A stretch of DNA of 64,000 nucleotides from a virus. Numbering within the stretch: position 1 is the first letter of the stretch; each line of letters opens with the position of its first letter. The stretch is from the IMG/VR virus record IMGVR_UViG_3300029305_001665; one strand, 5' to 3'. A program made the translations under genes and the position numbers. Below the pieces are notes generated by a model, which worked only from the letters and a program-made list of their open reading frames with translations, ran no database searches and was not told the DNA's origin. Shown in pieces: positions 7,985 through 17,136 of this stretch.

Positions 7985-9349
7985 ATGAGCAGAATTATCA
8001 GAGTAGGTATTTATGGAAGGGTTAGTACGGAAGAGCAAGCACTTAGTGGTTATTCAATTGAAGCCCAAGTAGAAGCATTAGAGAAATACGCTAAAGAAAA
8101 CAATATGAAAGTCGTCGGGGTCTATCTGGACGAAGGGATATCTGGAGCAAAGCCGCCGTTAAAACGTCCTGATCTTAAACGTTTATTAGACGATGTGGAA
8201 GCTGGGAAGATTGATATGATATTATTCACCAAATTAGATCGTTGGTTCCGGTCCGTTAAAGAATATTTTAAAGTACAAGATGTTCTTGATAATAATAAAG
8301 TCGAATGGAAAGCTATTCAAGAAAACTACGATACTACTACAGCTAACGGTCAAATGGCTATTACGATTTTCTTGGCGGTCGCTCAGAATGAACGCGATAG
8401 AACAGCAGAGCGTATTAAAGTAGTGCTAGAACAAAAACGAAAAAATAAGATTGCATGTTTCGGAGGTAAAGCATTACCGTTTGGGTACAAGAAAGAAGAG
8501 GATGAAACCGGTATTAGTAGATTGGTGAAAGACCCAGAGACTCAAAAAGCAGTTCAAGAGTTTTGGGATATTTTGATCAAATCTAACAATCTCAACAAAG
8601 CTATCCGCCATATGGTTGATGTGTATGGTATAAATAAAGATTGGAAGTCTTGGAAACGAATGACCCAGAGTGACTTCTATTGCGGAATACATCGTGGTGT
8701 TCAGGACTTTTGTCCAGCGTACGTAACACCAGAAGATTTCCTTAAATTTCAAGAACGAGATACTATTAAAGGAACTCCTACTGGGGTACCATATTACTTC
8801 AGAGGGTTAATGCGATGCCATGAATGCGGACATAAATTATGTGGTGATTGTGACCGAAGATATGGTAGAATTAACAAATCATACCGTTGTGCTTGGAGAG
8901 GACGCGGTTGCGAAAATCATAAGGCGGTGACTGAAATTAAAACTGAGAAACAATTATTAGAACGTCTGGACGAGTTCATGAAAAATACTATTGCGGAAGT
9001 TGAAGTGGAAGCTAACCATCCTAAAAATAAATCTGACGTCGAGCGAGTGTTAAAGAATTTGAAAGAACGGTTAAGACGTTTGAACGTAACTTATATGGCT
9101 GGTAACAAAACTGACGAAGAATATTTCAAAGAAGATGCGGAGATTAAATTACTGATCGCCAAGGCCGAAAAAGAATATGCAGATACTAAGCCAAGGAATG
9201 TAGACCACCTTAAAGAATTGCTAGCTACTGATTTTAGAACAATGTACTCAACGTTAGAGCCCGAAGAGAAACAAGAGTTCTGGCAGGACCTTATCAAGGA
9301 GATAAAGCTTGATGGAAAGCGGGTTACGGACGTTATTTTTTATACGTGA
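7985..9349 (+). CDS. large serine recombinase (phage integrase)
   Basis: 454 aa. N-terminal resolvase catalytic domain (GIYGRVSTEEQ with catalytic Ser). Recombinase domain, Cys-rich zinc ribbon (CHECGHKLCGDC...C) and C-terminal coiled coil. Confidence 0.9.
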   Translation: MSRIIRVGIYGRVSTEEQALSGYSIEAQVEALEKYAKENNMKVVGVYLDEGISGAKPPLKRPDLKRLLDDVEAGKIDMILFTKLDRWFRSVKEYFKVQDVLDNNKVEWKAIQENYDTTTANGQMAITIFLAVAQNERDRTAERIKVVLEQKRKNKIACFGGKALPFGYKKEEDETGISRLVKDPETQKAVQEFWDILIKSNNLNKAIRHMVDVYGINKDWKSWKRMTQSDFYCGIHRGVQDFCPAYVTPEDFLKFQERDTIKGTPTGVPYYFRGLMRCHECGHKLCGDCDRRYGRINKSYRCAWRGRGCENHKAVTEIKTEKQLLERLDEFMKNTIAEVEVEANHPKNKSDVERVLKNLKERLRRLNVTYMAGNKTDEEYFKEDAEIKLLIAKAEKEYADTKPRNVDHLKELLATDFRTMYSTLEPEEKQEFWQDLIKEIKLDGKRVTDVIFYT

Positions 9350-9410
9350 TTTAACGGTGGAACCGGACATCATGGACTGAGATAGTCCATTTACACCCGA
9401 TTTTAGCAAA

Positions 9411-9447
9411 AAGAAGAGAGCCTGTAAATGGTTCTCCTCTTTTTTTG
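9411..9447 (+). terminator. terminator of the integrase transcript
   Basis: Imperfect hairpin agaagagagcc...ggttctcctct followed by TTTTTTT. Confidence 0.45.
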
Positions 9448-9448
9448 G

Positions 9449-9778
9449 TTAAATCAATCCTCTTATGTCGAATATACATAAATCAGGATGAATCTTTTCA
9501 ATCGTCCTAGCAAGTTCCTTGTACTGGCGTTTCGTGCATTGTACATTGAAAAACTTGTTTTCATATTCGTCTGTATCCTTTATGGCGTTCTCCTCAGAGT
9601 CTGCGAAACCCATTAATCCTTCACCTAATTTAGGTGTCTTATTATCGAGTTTTGCTCCTTTGATTGGAACACTTCCAGTAATCATACGAGATATTCCGTA
9701 AAGTTCTCCGAGCGTAAATGCGTCGGTGCCAAGTTTGTGCTTAACTTTAATAGTTACTTTAAAAAGTTCATTTTTCAT
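9449..9778 (-). CDS. hypothetical protein (109 aa)
   Basis: Intact ORF. Preceded by copy 5 of the conserved element and a terminator. Confidence 0.5.
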   Translation of the reverse strand: MKNELFKVTIKVKHKLGTDAFTLGELYGISRMITGSVPIKGAKLDNKTPKLGEGLMGFADSEENAIKDTDEYENKFFNVQCTKRQYKELARTIEKIHPDLCIFDIRGLI

Positions 9779-9810
9779 AATTGTATTTCTCCTATAATTT
9801 ATTGTTTTCC

Positions 9811-9836
9811 ATATTATAGGATGTTTATAACGCGAA
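9811..9836 (-). promoter_or_regulatory. conserved upstream element, copy 5 (diverged)
   Basis: ccatattataggatgtttataacgcg, related to the 3201/4251/5991/6291 copies. About 25 nt upstream of the 9449..9778 start. Confidence 0.35.
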
Positions 9837-9845
9837 CAAAAAAGA

Positions 9846-9872
9846 AGAGGGGTTGTATAATACGCGCCCTCT
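9846..9872 (-). terminator. rho-independent terminator
   Basis: AGAGGG/CCCTCT stem followed by TCTTCTTTTTTG on the minus strand, after the 9880..10260 gene. Confidence 0.5.
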
Positions 9873-9879
9873 TTCTCTA

Positions 9880-10260
9880 TTAACTTTCGAATATATTTTG
9901 TATGCCTTGATCCATTATGAAATCTTTTTCTTCATTTTGAATCTTATTGGCTAACTCTAATGCTGCGTGCATATCGCCATTACAGTGAGCATCGGGAATA
10001 CGTTGCACAGCCTTGGCAGTCGCTTCAGCTAATACATTCGTAGCCCGACTGGTTTGCATAATATAGAGCATTAGTTTTTCAACTTTCTTTTCACGCTCAA
10101 TACGTTGCTTTTCTGCTTCTTTACGTTCTTCCTCTCGTCTATATTCTTCTTCTCTACGTTTTTCATCTTTCAATTCAATCGAACGTTTAAAATACCAAAC
10201 GATGAAACCCATAACAGCGGACGGTATACCACCAGCAATGAGAAATTCTAATATTGTCAT
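9880..10260 (-). CDS. holin-like membrane protein (N-terminal TM, charged coiled coil)
   Basis: 126 aa. N-terminal TM helix (ILEFLIAGGIPSAVMGFIVWYF), then a highly charged R/E/K-rich helix. Sits at the end of the tail-fibre module, where BhlA/XhlA-type lysis accessory genes occur. Confidence 0.4.
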   Translation of the reverse strand: MTILEFLIAGGIPSAVMGFIVWYFKRSIELKDEKRREEEYRREEERKEAEKQRIEREKKVEKLMLYIMQTSRATNVLAEATAKAVQRIPDAHCNGDMHAALELANKIQNEEKDFIMDQGIQNIFES

Positions 10261-10284
10261 GTCGATTACTTCCTTTTAAACATT

Positions 10285-12243
10285 TTATACGCCGTACACA
10301 TAGCGTAAAACATACTTATTATTTGCGTATACGATACCGCTTGTGCCGGTGCCGGTTGCGGAATTATTCGCATGACCGGATATATACGTATCATTTATAT
10401 ATAGATATTTGTGACAAATTTGTCCAAAGTTGATATCCATCATGGTAAAAGCGTTGCCGTACCCTTTATGACTCGTGATGAATAATTTGGGAACGAAGAA
10501 GCTATTAAAATTGTTTTCTTCTGCTGCTCCAGTTGTAGAATTATACTTACTAAATACCAACACAATACCATTTGGCTGGAGACTAACGGCTTCGGCCAAA
10601 TTTATGGTATGATCAGCAGTCATATATCTAGTGCCTTCCCATAATATTTTTTGCTCGTGATAGACTTTACTAGATGCATCTGGAGTAAGGGTTGTTCGAT
10701 ACCAATCGTAATACGTCCAAACATTGTCCGAATTTCTAGTAATATCTCTTTCCCATACAGCGTTCGTGATGTTATACGGAACGAATCTTTGGCGTAAGTA
10801 GGACCACTGTTCACTACGAATTCCCTCACCGGTTGCCGACCACACTTCTAAACGTCCAGCTCTTGCTACGGGCATATTCGCTATGGTAGAAGCATTATCA
10901 TTTCGATAAACCGCATAGCAACCAGTTTCCATATAGTTATTAAAATCTGCATTAGCAGGAATTTCGGGAAGTCTACCCATACCCAAAGCGTTACCATATA
11001 CGGCGCTATTAAATTTACCTTCAAATTCAAATTCGGCGACGCCATCTAACTCGGCAGCTTTACCAAAGGCTACGCCTTTACCACCAGCTAAGAAGTCTAC
11101 AACAAATCTCATACTAGTTAAAGTACCAACCGCATAAGAACTACCACCACCGTCGGTAACAGTAATATGTATATCATAAGACGATTCCGTACTTAAAGCA
11201 TTCGAACCAATTACGTGAGAGACAGTACCGCTCGTTCCACTAGCAGTTACAGTAGAACTCGTCCATGTCGTATCCGAGGGCAATTTCCACTTGATCACTA
11301 TTGAACTTACGGTTTGATCGCATTCCCAGTCAAATACGACTAGGCCGTTCGTGCCGTCATCTGCTGCAGTTCCGCTAGAGTCGCTTCTAACAATAGACAC
11401 ATTGGATATCCTTGGTTTTATATAAGCTATTTCCCATACTGCGTATAGTGTTATTCCTGCATTGGCCGTATAACTTGCACCAGACGCGTAAGATACAGTA
11501 GTTGCAGATGCTGACGTACCCCAACCTTTGAAATTATAGTTAGCTCTAGTAGGTTTTGTACTTGATAGAGTGAGGGCTACGCCATATGTTTTAGTCTGAT
11601 TACCTGGTGCTCCTGAGCCGCCGTTTGCGTTATATTTAACGGTGTATGTGTTAGCCTTCCATACTGCATAAAGAGTTGCTGCAGCGTCTGTGGTGTAATT
11701 TGCTCCTGCTGCCCATGAAGCAGATGTTGCAGTTGATGACGTAGACCATCCTAAGAACGAGTAACCAGTCCTAGTAGGTTTTGTGCTGGAGAGCACGAGT
11801 GTTTGACCTTTCCATTTAGTCTGATTACTAGGTGCGCCTGAACCACCGTTTGCGTTATACTTAATCGTATAAGAAGTCCAAGCGGGGACAGTTACGTTGA
11901 ATGTTACGTTCTTGGTAGCAGAATCGCCGTTATCAGTATTAAAGTTTCTAAAAGTAACTGTAATAGATTTAGTGGCCGATCCGTTACCACTTATCGAATA
12001 TGTGCCTGTAAACGAGCCGCTACCACTACTTCTCTTCGTTCCATTAAATGCGCTTATCGTATGCGTAACGCCGCCAGAAGCAGCGGTCATACCATAATTG
12101 GTTTGTGCTCCGGAGTAATAAGTCTCCCAGGAAGCATTAATTACTACTTTGTATTGAGTAGCTGATGTTCTAGTCACGGTCCCCGCAGTTGCAGTGACAT
12201 CTAAAGCGACACCAAATGGCGTCCATTTTGAAACAGTTGCCAT
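10285..12243 (-). CDS. tail fibre / receptor-binding protein with two Listeria-Bacteroides (Flg_new-type) repeats
   Basis: 652 aa, Ser/Thr/Gly-rich. Two repeats YT(I/V)KYNANGGSGAP.NQTK...L.LSSTKPTR.GY.F.GW.TS...LYAVW fit the List_Bact repeat. Confidence 0.55.
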   Translation of the reverse strand: MATVSKWTPFGVALDVTATAGTVTRTSATQYKVVINASWETYYSGAQTNYGMTAASGGVTHTISAFNGTKRSSGSGSFTGTYSISGNGSATKSITVTFRNFNTDNGDSATKNVTFNVTVPAWTSYTIKYNANGGSGAPSNQTKWKGQTLVLSSTKPTRTGYSFLGWSTSSTATSASWAAGANYTTDAAATLYAVWKANTYTVKYNANGGSGAPGNQTKTYGVALTLSSTKPTRANYNFKGWGTSASATTVSYASGASYTANAGITLYAVWEIAYIKPRISNVSIVRSDSSGTAADDGTNGLVVFDWECDQTVSSIVIKWKLPSDTTWTSSTVTASGTSGTVSHVIGSNALSTESSYDIHITVTDGGGSSYAVGTLTSMRFVVDFLAGGKGVAFGKAAELDGVAEFEFEGKFNSAVYGNALGMGRLPEIPANADFNNYMETGCYAVYRNDNASTIANMPVARAGRLEVWSATGEGIRSEQWSYLRQRFVPYNITNAVWERDITRNSDNVWTYYDWYRTTLTPDASSKVYHEQKILWEGTRYMTADHTINLAEAVSLQPNGIVLVFSKYNSTTGAAEENNFNSFFVPKLFITSHKGYGNAFTMMDINFGQICHKYLYINDTYISGHANNSATGTGTSGIVYANNKYVLRYVYGV

Positions 12244-15200
12244 TAACTATTGCCTCCCTTCCATATAAGTCCTAAATTTCCGTTAGCTCTGGCTTTCCAA
12301 ACAAATCCGCCTTGTTGTAATTCTTCCTCTACGACCACTTTTTTTGAGTGGAACGATTGGTTAGTAAAATATGCTAGTACGACGGAACCTTCAGTAAACA
12401 TCATTCGCGTGTTCGTAATACGCAGCTTGAAGTCACTGTCTAATTCTCCTAATTCTATACAAGGCTCGTCTTCGTACGTAGTGATCTGTATGTATTCGCC
12501 AAGTATGCCTAAATCGTCTACTGCTTGCTGCAAAATCGAAACAGTATTGTCAACATCGCCAACATCATCCGATAGTGTGGATAAGTCTTCAGAAATACGA
12601 TTTACGGTATTTTGAATATTTTCCGTACTGAACACCCATCCCGTATCGGTTTGCGTCATGAGTGAAGTACCATTACCGTCCGTAACGAGCATGGATATAC
12701 TATGCGATAACTGCTCGATAAGACTTTCCGCAGTCGTAACTCGTGAGCTCAATTCGGCAGACGATGTCTGTAGTTTACTCGTCTCCTCGTTAGTCGTCAT
12801 ATCTTCGGGGGCTGGCGACCATCTAGTTGGTTTGTTACCTATCTCCAATTTAGCGTTTTTAATTGTTCCGCCTTTCGTATAACCTCGCAATTCAAGATAT
12901 GCTTTACTTACTGTAACTGTATATTGATCCGGGTTCGCATAGAATGATCGTAATATTGTGGGTCCTTCATTGGCAGACATGACACAATAGCCAGCGTAAT
13001 GTCCTTTGAAACTGACTACTTCATCTCCTACAGAAAATAAAGAATTACCCGTGCCGAACACATTTGATGTAGCACTTATTCCAGAGCTATGTGTGCCATA
13101 CCATGCCGTCATAGCTCCGGTTTCTGTATTTGTAAAGTTAAATGTGAAATATCCACCAGCTCTATTTAGAGTTTTATCAGGATTTTTATATATTTCAGAT
13201 ACATTAATATCGTAAGAGAACACTAAATATGAATTTTCGATACTTAATAGAAACGCTTTCGGATCATTAGTAATCTCTTCGCATAGCGTATACATCACAG
13301 TTTTTTCACTATATGCAAAATCTGTAGTATTATCAACGAGCAGTGTGTTGGATGTTCCGAGCAATAAATTTCTTCCACCTACTTCTAAATTCTTAACTTC
13401 TGTTCGAACTGTTGCAACGGTGGAGTTTATTCCCTCTGCTGTTTGATTAATTATACTGTTCATTTGTTCTGTGGTTGAATAATTATTAAACTTATCTTCC
13501 ACAACCGTAGTTCTATTAGCCACCGATGTAATGTCAGTTTCTGTTTGCGAAACTCTAGTTTCAATGGCTCTATATTCGTCTTTACCAGTTAAATCTTCAG
13601 GAGCTGGTGTCCAGTCCGTAGCCATATTTCCACGTTCTATTTTAACGTCTTTAAAATATAGTATAGTACCGGAAGGAATCCCTTCTGTACCATAAACAGC
13701 AACATCGACGAAACCATTATATGATCCATTATCATAGTAATTTTCCGGTATCGCAGTGAACGTGATTTTTTTAGGATTATTATCCACTGTGAAAGTAGTA
13801 TTTCCACGGTCGCATATATCCATATTAATTCGTACACTATCGCCGTTTGTATAAACTGTACTTGAAAATGTATAACTTTCCCCAGCAACACCGTTAAAAC
13901 CTAATCTGTGCGCACGAGCAATAATCATTGCGTTAGGCGCATCTGCAAGAATAGTAACCACAAAACCATTAATGGATTTATCGAACGTATTTCTGGCATA
14001 TGCGGTATTAGCTAAAGGCTCAATAACTACATTTTTATTAAATCCGAATAAATTTCTTCCGCCAATTTTGATATTGTCAACTTCTGTTTTTGTTGCGTAC
14101 GTTTCGCTAACAGTCGTCTGAAATCCGCTAAGACTCTGTTCGAGTTCTGAATACTTTGTTGATAATTCCGTAGTGGTTTCACCAATTTCGTTTTTAGCAG
14201 TATCTATATCCTGCTGCCAAATTTTAGTATTGATTGCTTCGGTATTGGCCGCTATTTGAGTTCCTTGAGATGTAACTGTTTCGGATAATCCGTCAACAGA
14301 TTCCGTAGTAGCCAAAGTAGTAAGCTTCGCCTCTAAAGTTTGACCCTCGTCATCCACTGTTATTTTGGTAGATTTAATAGTGTTAGTACTACCGTCGATT
14401 TCTTCAAATAAACTAACAATATCTAATTTACTAGCATGTATATTAGCGGTTTCGCTAACCATGTCGTTAACTATTATGTTATCGGGAATGCCGTTTTCGG
14501 TAATACCGTCTTCGCTAAATATAACATTCCCTTCCTTATCGCAAATGGTTACCGAGTAATTCCCAGCACCATCTTTACCGATCTGAACGCGAACCGTATC
14601 GCCTTCTTTAATTTGTAGACGATTGTCTGCTATTACGAAACTTCCGTCATTCGATTTGATATCGACTTTGTTGGTGTCTATCGAACCAGATTGGATTTTA
14701 CTAGCATCGATATTCTGTATTTGCGCCGATTTAATCTGAGCGTCTCCGACCTGAGATATTACGCTGTTGGAGAATTCGGATGTTATATTGTCGGTTGTTA
14801 TGACCTTACTAGTAATGGTTTCTATATCGCCAACCCTGGTCTTTAAATTTGTAATTTCGCCATTTACGGCTTCCAAATTCACAGCGCCAAGCTCTTCAAT
14901 CCTTCCTTCTGCTGCAGTCAAGCGTTCTTTTATATTTATGTTGTCGGAGTAAAGAACACCTACGTCTATCTCTATCGATTCCAGAGTACCGATTTGCGCA
15001 TACTTTAGGTCCGCTTCATCTGCTGTTAACTTTTTCGTTAACGTTTCTTCAGCAACTTTTAACTTTTTATTAACTGTTACGACATCCGTTTCCAATGTTT
15101 CTACGCGTCCATTCGTAGCCGTCAAGTCTTTTGTATCTACTTTATCGCTAAGAACAGTCCCCATTTCAACTACACTGTTAGTTAAATCGGTTACATTTTT

Positions 15201-15497
15201 ATGGATAACCGTTACGGTTGCTGCTCCTTGGCTTACAGACTGTCTGTCTAGGTTCGAAGTAATAATCGCGGCGTGATTTTTAATCGTCACTATTACTCTA
15301 TCGCCTTTAATAACCTCTACTGTTTCCGAGACAGGTAATTCCGTATATGCACCGGTTGCGCCATCTAGTTTTACATATACTTGCCCGGCTTCGATTTTAC
15401 TTACAGTTCCATATACAGTGCTCTCTTTTTTAACATTGGAGGTATCGTTTTTTGACATCTTTACAAATTTAGATATAACATCGTTTGACAAACTCAC
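12243..15497 (-). CDS. tail fibre / host-specificity protein with two carbohydrate-binding-like repeats
   Basis: 1084 aa. N-terminal coiled-coil-like region. Two ~150-aa repeats starting GGRNL and ending W(T/S)PAPED(L/M). Position is downstream of the tape measure and distal tail genes. Confidence 0.55.
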   Translation of the reverse strand: MSLSNDVISKFVKMSKNDTSNVKKESTVYGTVSKIEAGQVYVKLDGATGAYTELPVSETVEVIKGDRVIVTIKNHAAIITSNLDRQSVSQGAATVTVIHKNVTDLTNSVVEMGTVLSDKVDTKDLTATNGRVETLETDVVTVNKKLKVAEETLTKKLTADEADLKYAQIGTLESIEIDVGVLYSDNINIKERLTAAEGRIEELGAVNLEAVNGEITNLKTRVGDIETITSKVITTDNITSEFSNSVISQVGDAQIKSAQIQNIDASKIQSGSIDTNKVDIKSNDGSFVIADNRLQIKEGDTVRVQIGKDGAGNYSVTICDKEGNVIFSEDGITENGIPDNIIVNDMVSETANIHASKLDIVSLFEEIDGSTNTIKSTKITVDDEGQTLEAKLTTLATTESVDGLSETVTSQGTQIAANTEAINTKIWQQDIDTAKNEIGETTTELSTKYSELEQSLSGFQTTVSETYATKTEVDNIKIGGRNLFGFNKNVVIEPLANTAYARNTFDKSINGFVVTILADAPNAMIIARAHRLGFNGVAGESYTFSSTVYTNGDSVRINMDICDRGNTTFTVDNNPKKITFTAIPENYYDNGSYNGFVDVAVYGTEGIPSGTILYFKDVKIERGNMATDWTPAPEDLTGKDEYRAIETRVSQTETDITSVANRTTVVEDKFNNYSTTEQMNSIINQTAEGINSTVATVRTEVKNLEVGGRNLLLGTSNTLLVDNTTDFAYSEKTVMYTLCEEITNDPKAFLLSIENSYLVFSYDINVSEIYKNPDKTLNRAGGYFTFNFTNTETGAMTAWYGTHSSGISATSNVFGTGNSLFSVGDEVVSFKGHYAGYCVMSANEGPTILRSFYANPDQYTVTVSKAYLELRGYTKGGTIKNAKLEIGNKPTRWSPAPEDMTTNEETSKLQTSSAELSSRVTTAESLIEQLSHSISMLVTDGNGTSLMTQTDTGWVFSTENIQNTVNRISEDLSTLSDDVGDVDNTVSILQQAVDDLGILGEYIQITTYEDEPCIELGELDSDFKLRITNTRMMFTEGSVVLAYFTNQSFHSKKVVVEEELQQGGFVWKARANGNLGLIWKGGNS

Positions 15498-15503
15498 GAT
15501 TCG

Positions 15504-17135
15504 TTACCTCCATAATTTATTAGTGAACACCGCTTTCTCAGAAACCTGGCAGCCGGTCTTACATTTAATATTTTGATATATTACTTTAGCTTTTATATTT
15601 CTTAATCCAGCACGCTCGTAATTCAGCATTATACAATCCCCTAGTTTCACGGGGCAATAACCGTGAGTATAGGAAATAGTGTACTCTACTGATGAAAGCG
15701 CACTTAATAAATCCTCGGCGTACTTATCGACTACCGCTTGGGTAGCTTCGCCGTGAATATCCGGATTAACTGCTCTATGAATTATGCGCCTGCCTCTATT
15801 GATTATTGATGTCGGACTATTAGGGTCGTTATTTTCGATCACGGATATTATATTTTTATCTTTAGTCGAATATACAACCTCAACAACATTCGGGACGCCA
15901 TATAAATCATGATTAACCGATATCGAAGCGTCTAAAATAGAGCTGTTGTCGTCCGTGAATGTCCATTTAGGTTGCATGTATTTAGCGTCTAATTTGGGTA
16001 CGAAAGTTACTTGTCCCATTTCGTCAACTTCAAACTCGTATTGAGCTACACCAGTTTCGGTTATAGTAAAATAGTTGGTTATACCTTCGTCGTCAACATA
16101 ACTAAAATATTTATTATTTAAATCGCTCCCATTAATCGCGGTAACCTCTTTGCCAAATGGGTAATCCACTTCTTCTTTAGTAATAAAATAACTATCAATC
16201 TTGCAGCAATATTCCGTTTGATCGTTTTCGGTATATACGTACAAAGGATATTCGGTAAATTGACCAAGATTTTCTTTTACTTCATTAACAGTAATAGGGG
16301 CAACAATGTCGTTTGTTTTTTCATATGAACCGTCATTGTTTTCAATTACTTTATAAAAATCGTAAGAATAGTTTACTTTATAGCATTTCGTAGTTGTGGC
16401 TACACCGATAAGATCTTTTAACATTGTCATGTAAGTATCATCGGTATCTGCTATGAAATCGTAATATAAAGTAGTCGAAGGAGTAACCGGTTCGGACACA
16501 GGACATCTAACATTATCTTTGGTTAAGCTATACGCCATCCCCATAACATCTGCGCCCTTCTTAATAAAATATCCGAAAGGCGGCGACTTCTCTGTTAACT
16601 CTAGCAACGGACTATACGCGTCCATTGAAACAGTACGTACTTTTCCGTCAAAGCTAGACGAAGGGGTTTGCACCAGGAAAGTACCAAGCGCATGGCGTTC
16701 CTTAAATCCATTTTGAACTGTTATCAAATATACTCGGATATAGCATTCACCAACAGATTCGGTTACATCAAAAGTTGCGGAAACTTTGGTGTCTGAATCA
16801 TAGTCCCTAGTAATAGTACAGCTTTTAATGTTGTCTAATTTACGTTTGTCTCTCCATGTAGCTGATTCAACCCCGGTAGTTTTTTCAGAACAAAATAACA
16901 CATCTACCGAAGCATCGCCCTCGCCGTCTGTATAGTTGTAAATCGTTAAGCCGTCTTCCGTTGTGTCGATAATTTTAACGTCCTTGTCTTTTGGGTAGGG
17001 TATTTCGTTACCTTTTATATAACCATTATCTATAGTGTGAGTAATGGCATAATATATAGTGCGCTCGGTAATACCTACCGAATCAACTTCATAAAATTCG
17101 AAGTATTGTTGCATTGAGGCGGTCCAATCGACCAT
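15504..17135 (-). CDS. tail-tip / baseplate structural protein
   Basis: 543 aa. Third gene after the tape measure protein. No catalytic motif recognised. Confidence 0.45.
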   Translation of the reverse strand: MVDWTASMQQYFEFYEVDSVGITERTIYYAITHTIDNGYIKGNEIPYPKDKDVKIIDTTEDGLTIYNYTDGEGDASVDVLFCSEKTTGVESATWRDKRKLDNIKSCTITRDYDSDTKVSATFDVTESVGECYIRVYLITVQNGFKERHALGTFLVQTPSSSFDGKVRTVSMDAYSPLLELTEKSPPFGYFIKKGADVMGMAYSLTKDNVRCPVSEPVTPSTTLYYDFIADTDDTYMTMLKDLIGVATTTKCYKVNYSYDFYKVIENNDGSYEKTNDIVAPITVNEVKENLGQFTEYPLYVYTENDQTEYCCKIDSYFITKEEVDYPFGKEVTAINGSDLNNKYFSYVDDEGITNYFTITETGVAQYEFEVDEMGQVTFVPKLDAKYMQPKWTFTDDNSSILDASISVNHDLYGVPNVVEVVYSTKDKNIISVIENNDPNSPTSIINRGRRIIHRAVNPDIHGEATQAVVDKYAEDLLSALSSVEYTISYTHGYCPVKLGDCIMLNYERAGLRNIKAKVIYQNIKCKTGCQVSEKAVFTNKLWR

Positions 17136-17136
17136 A

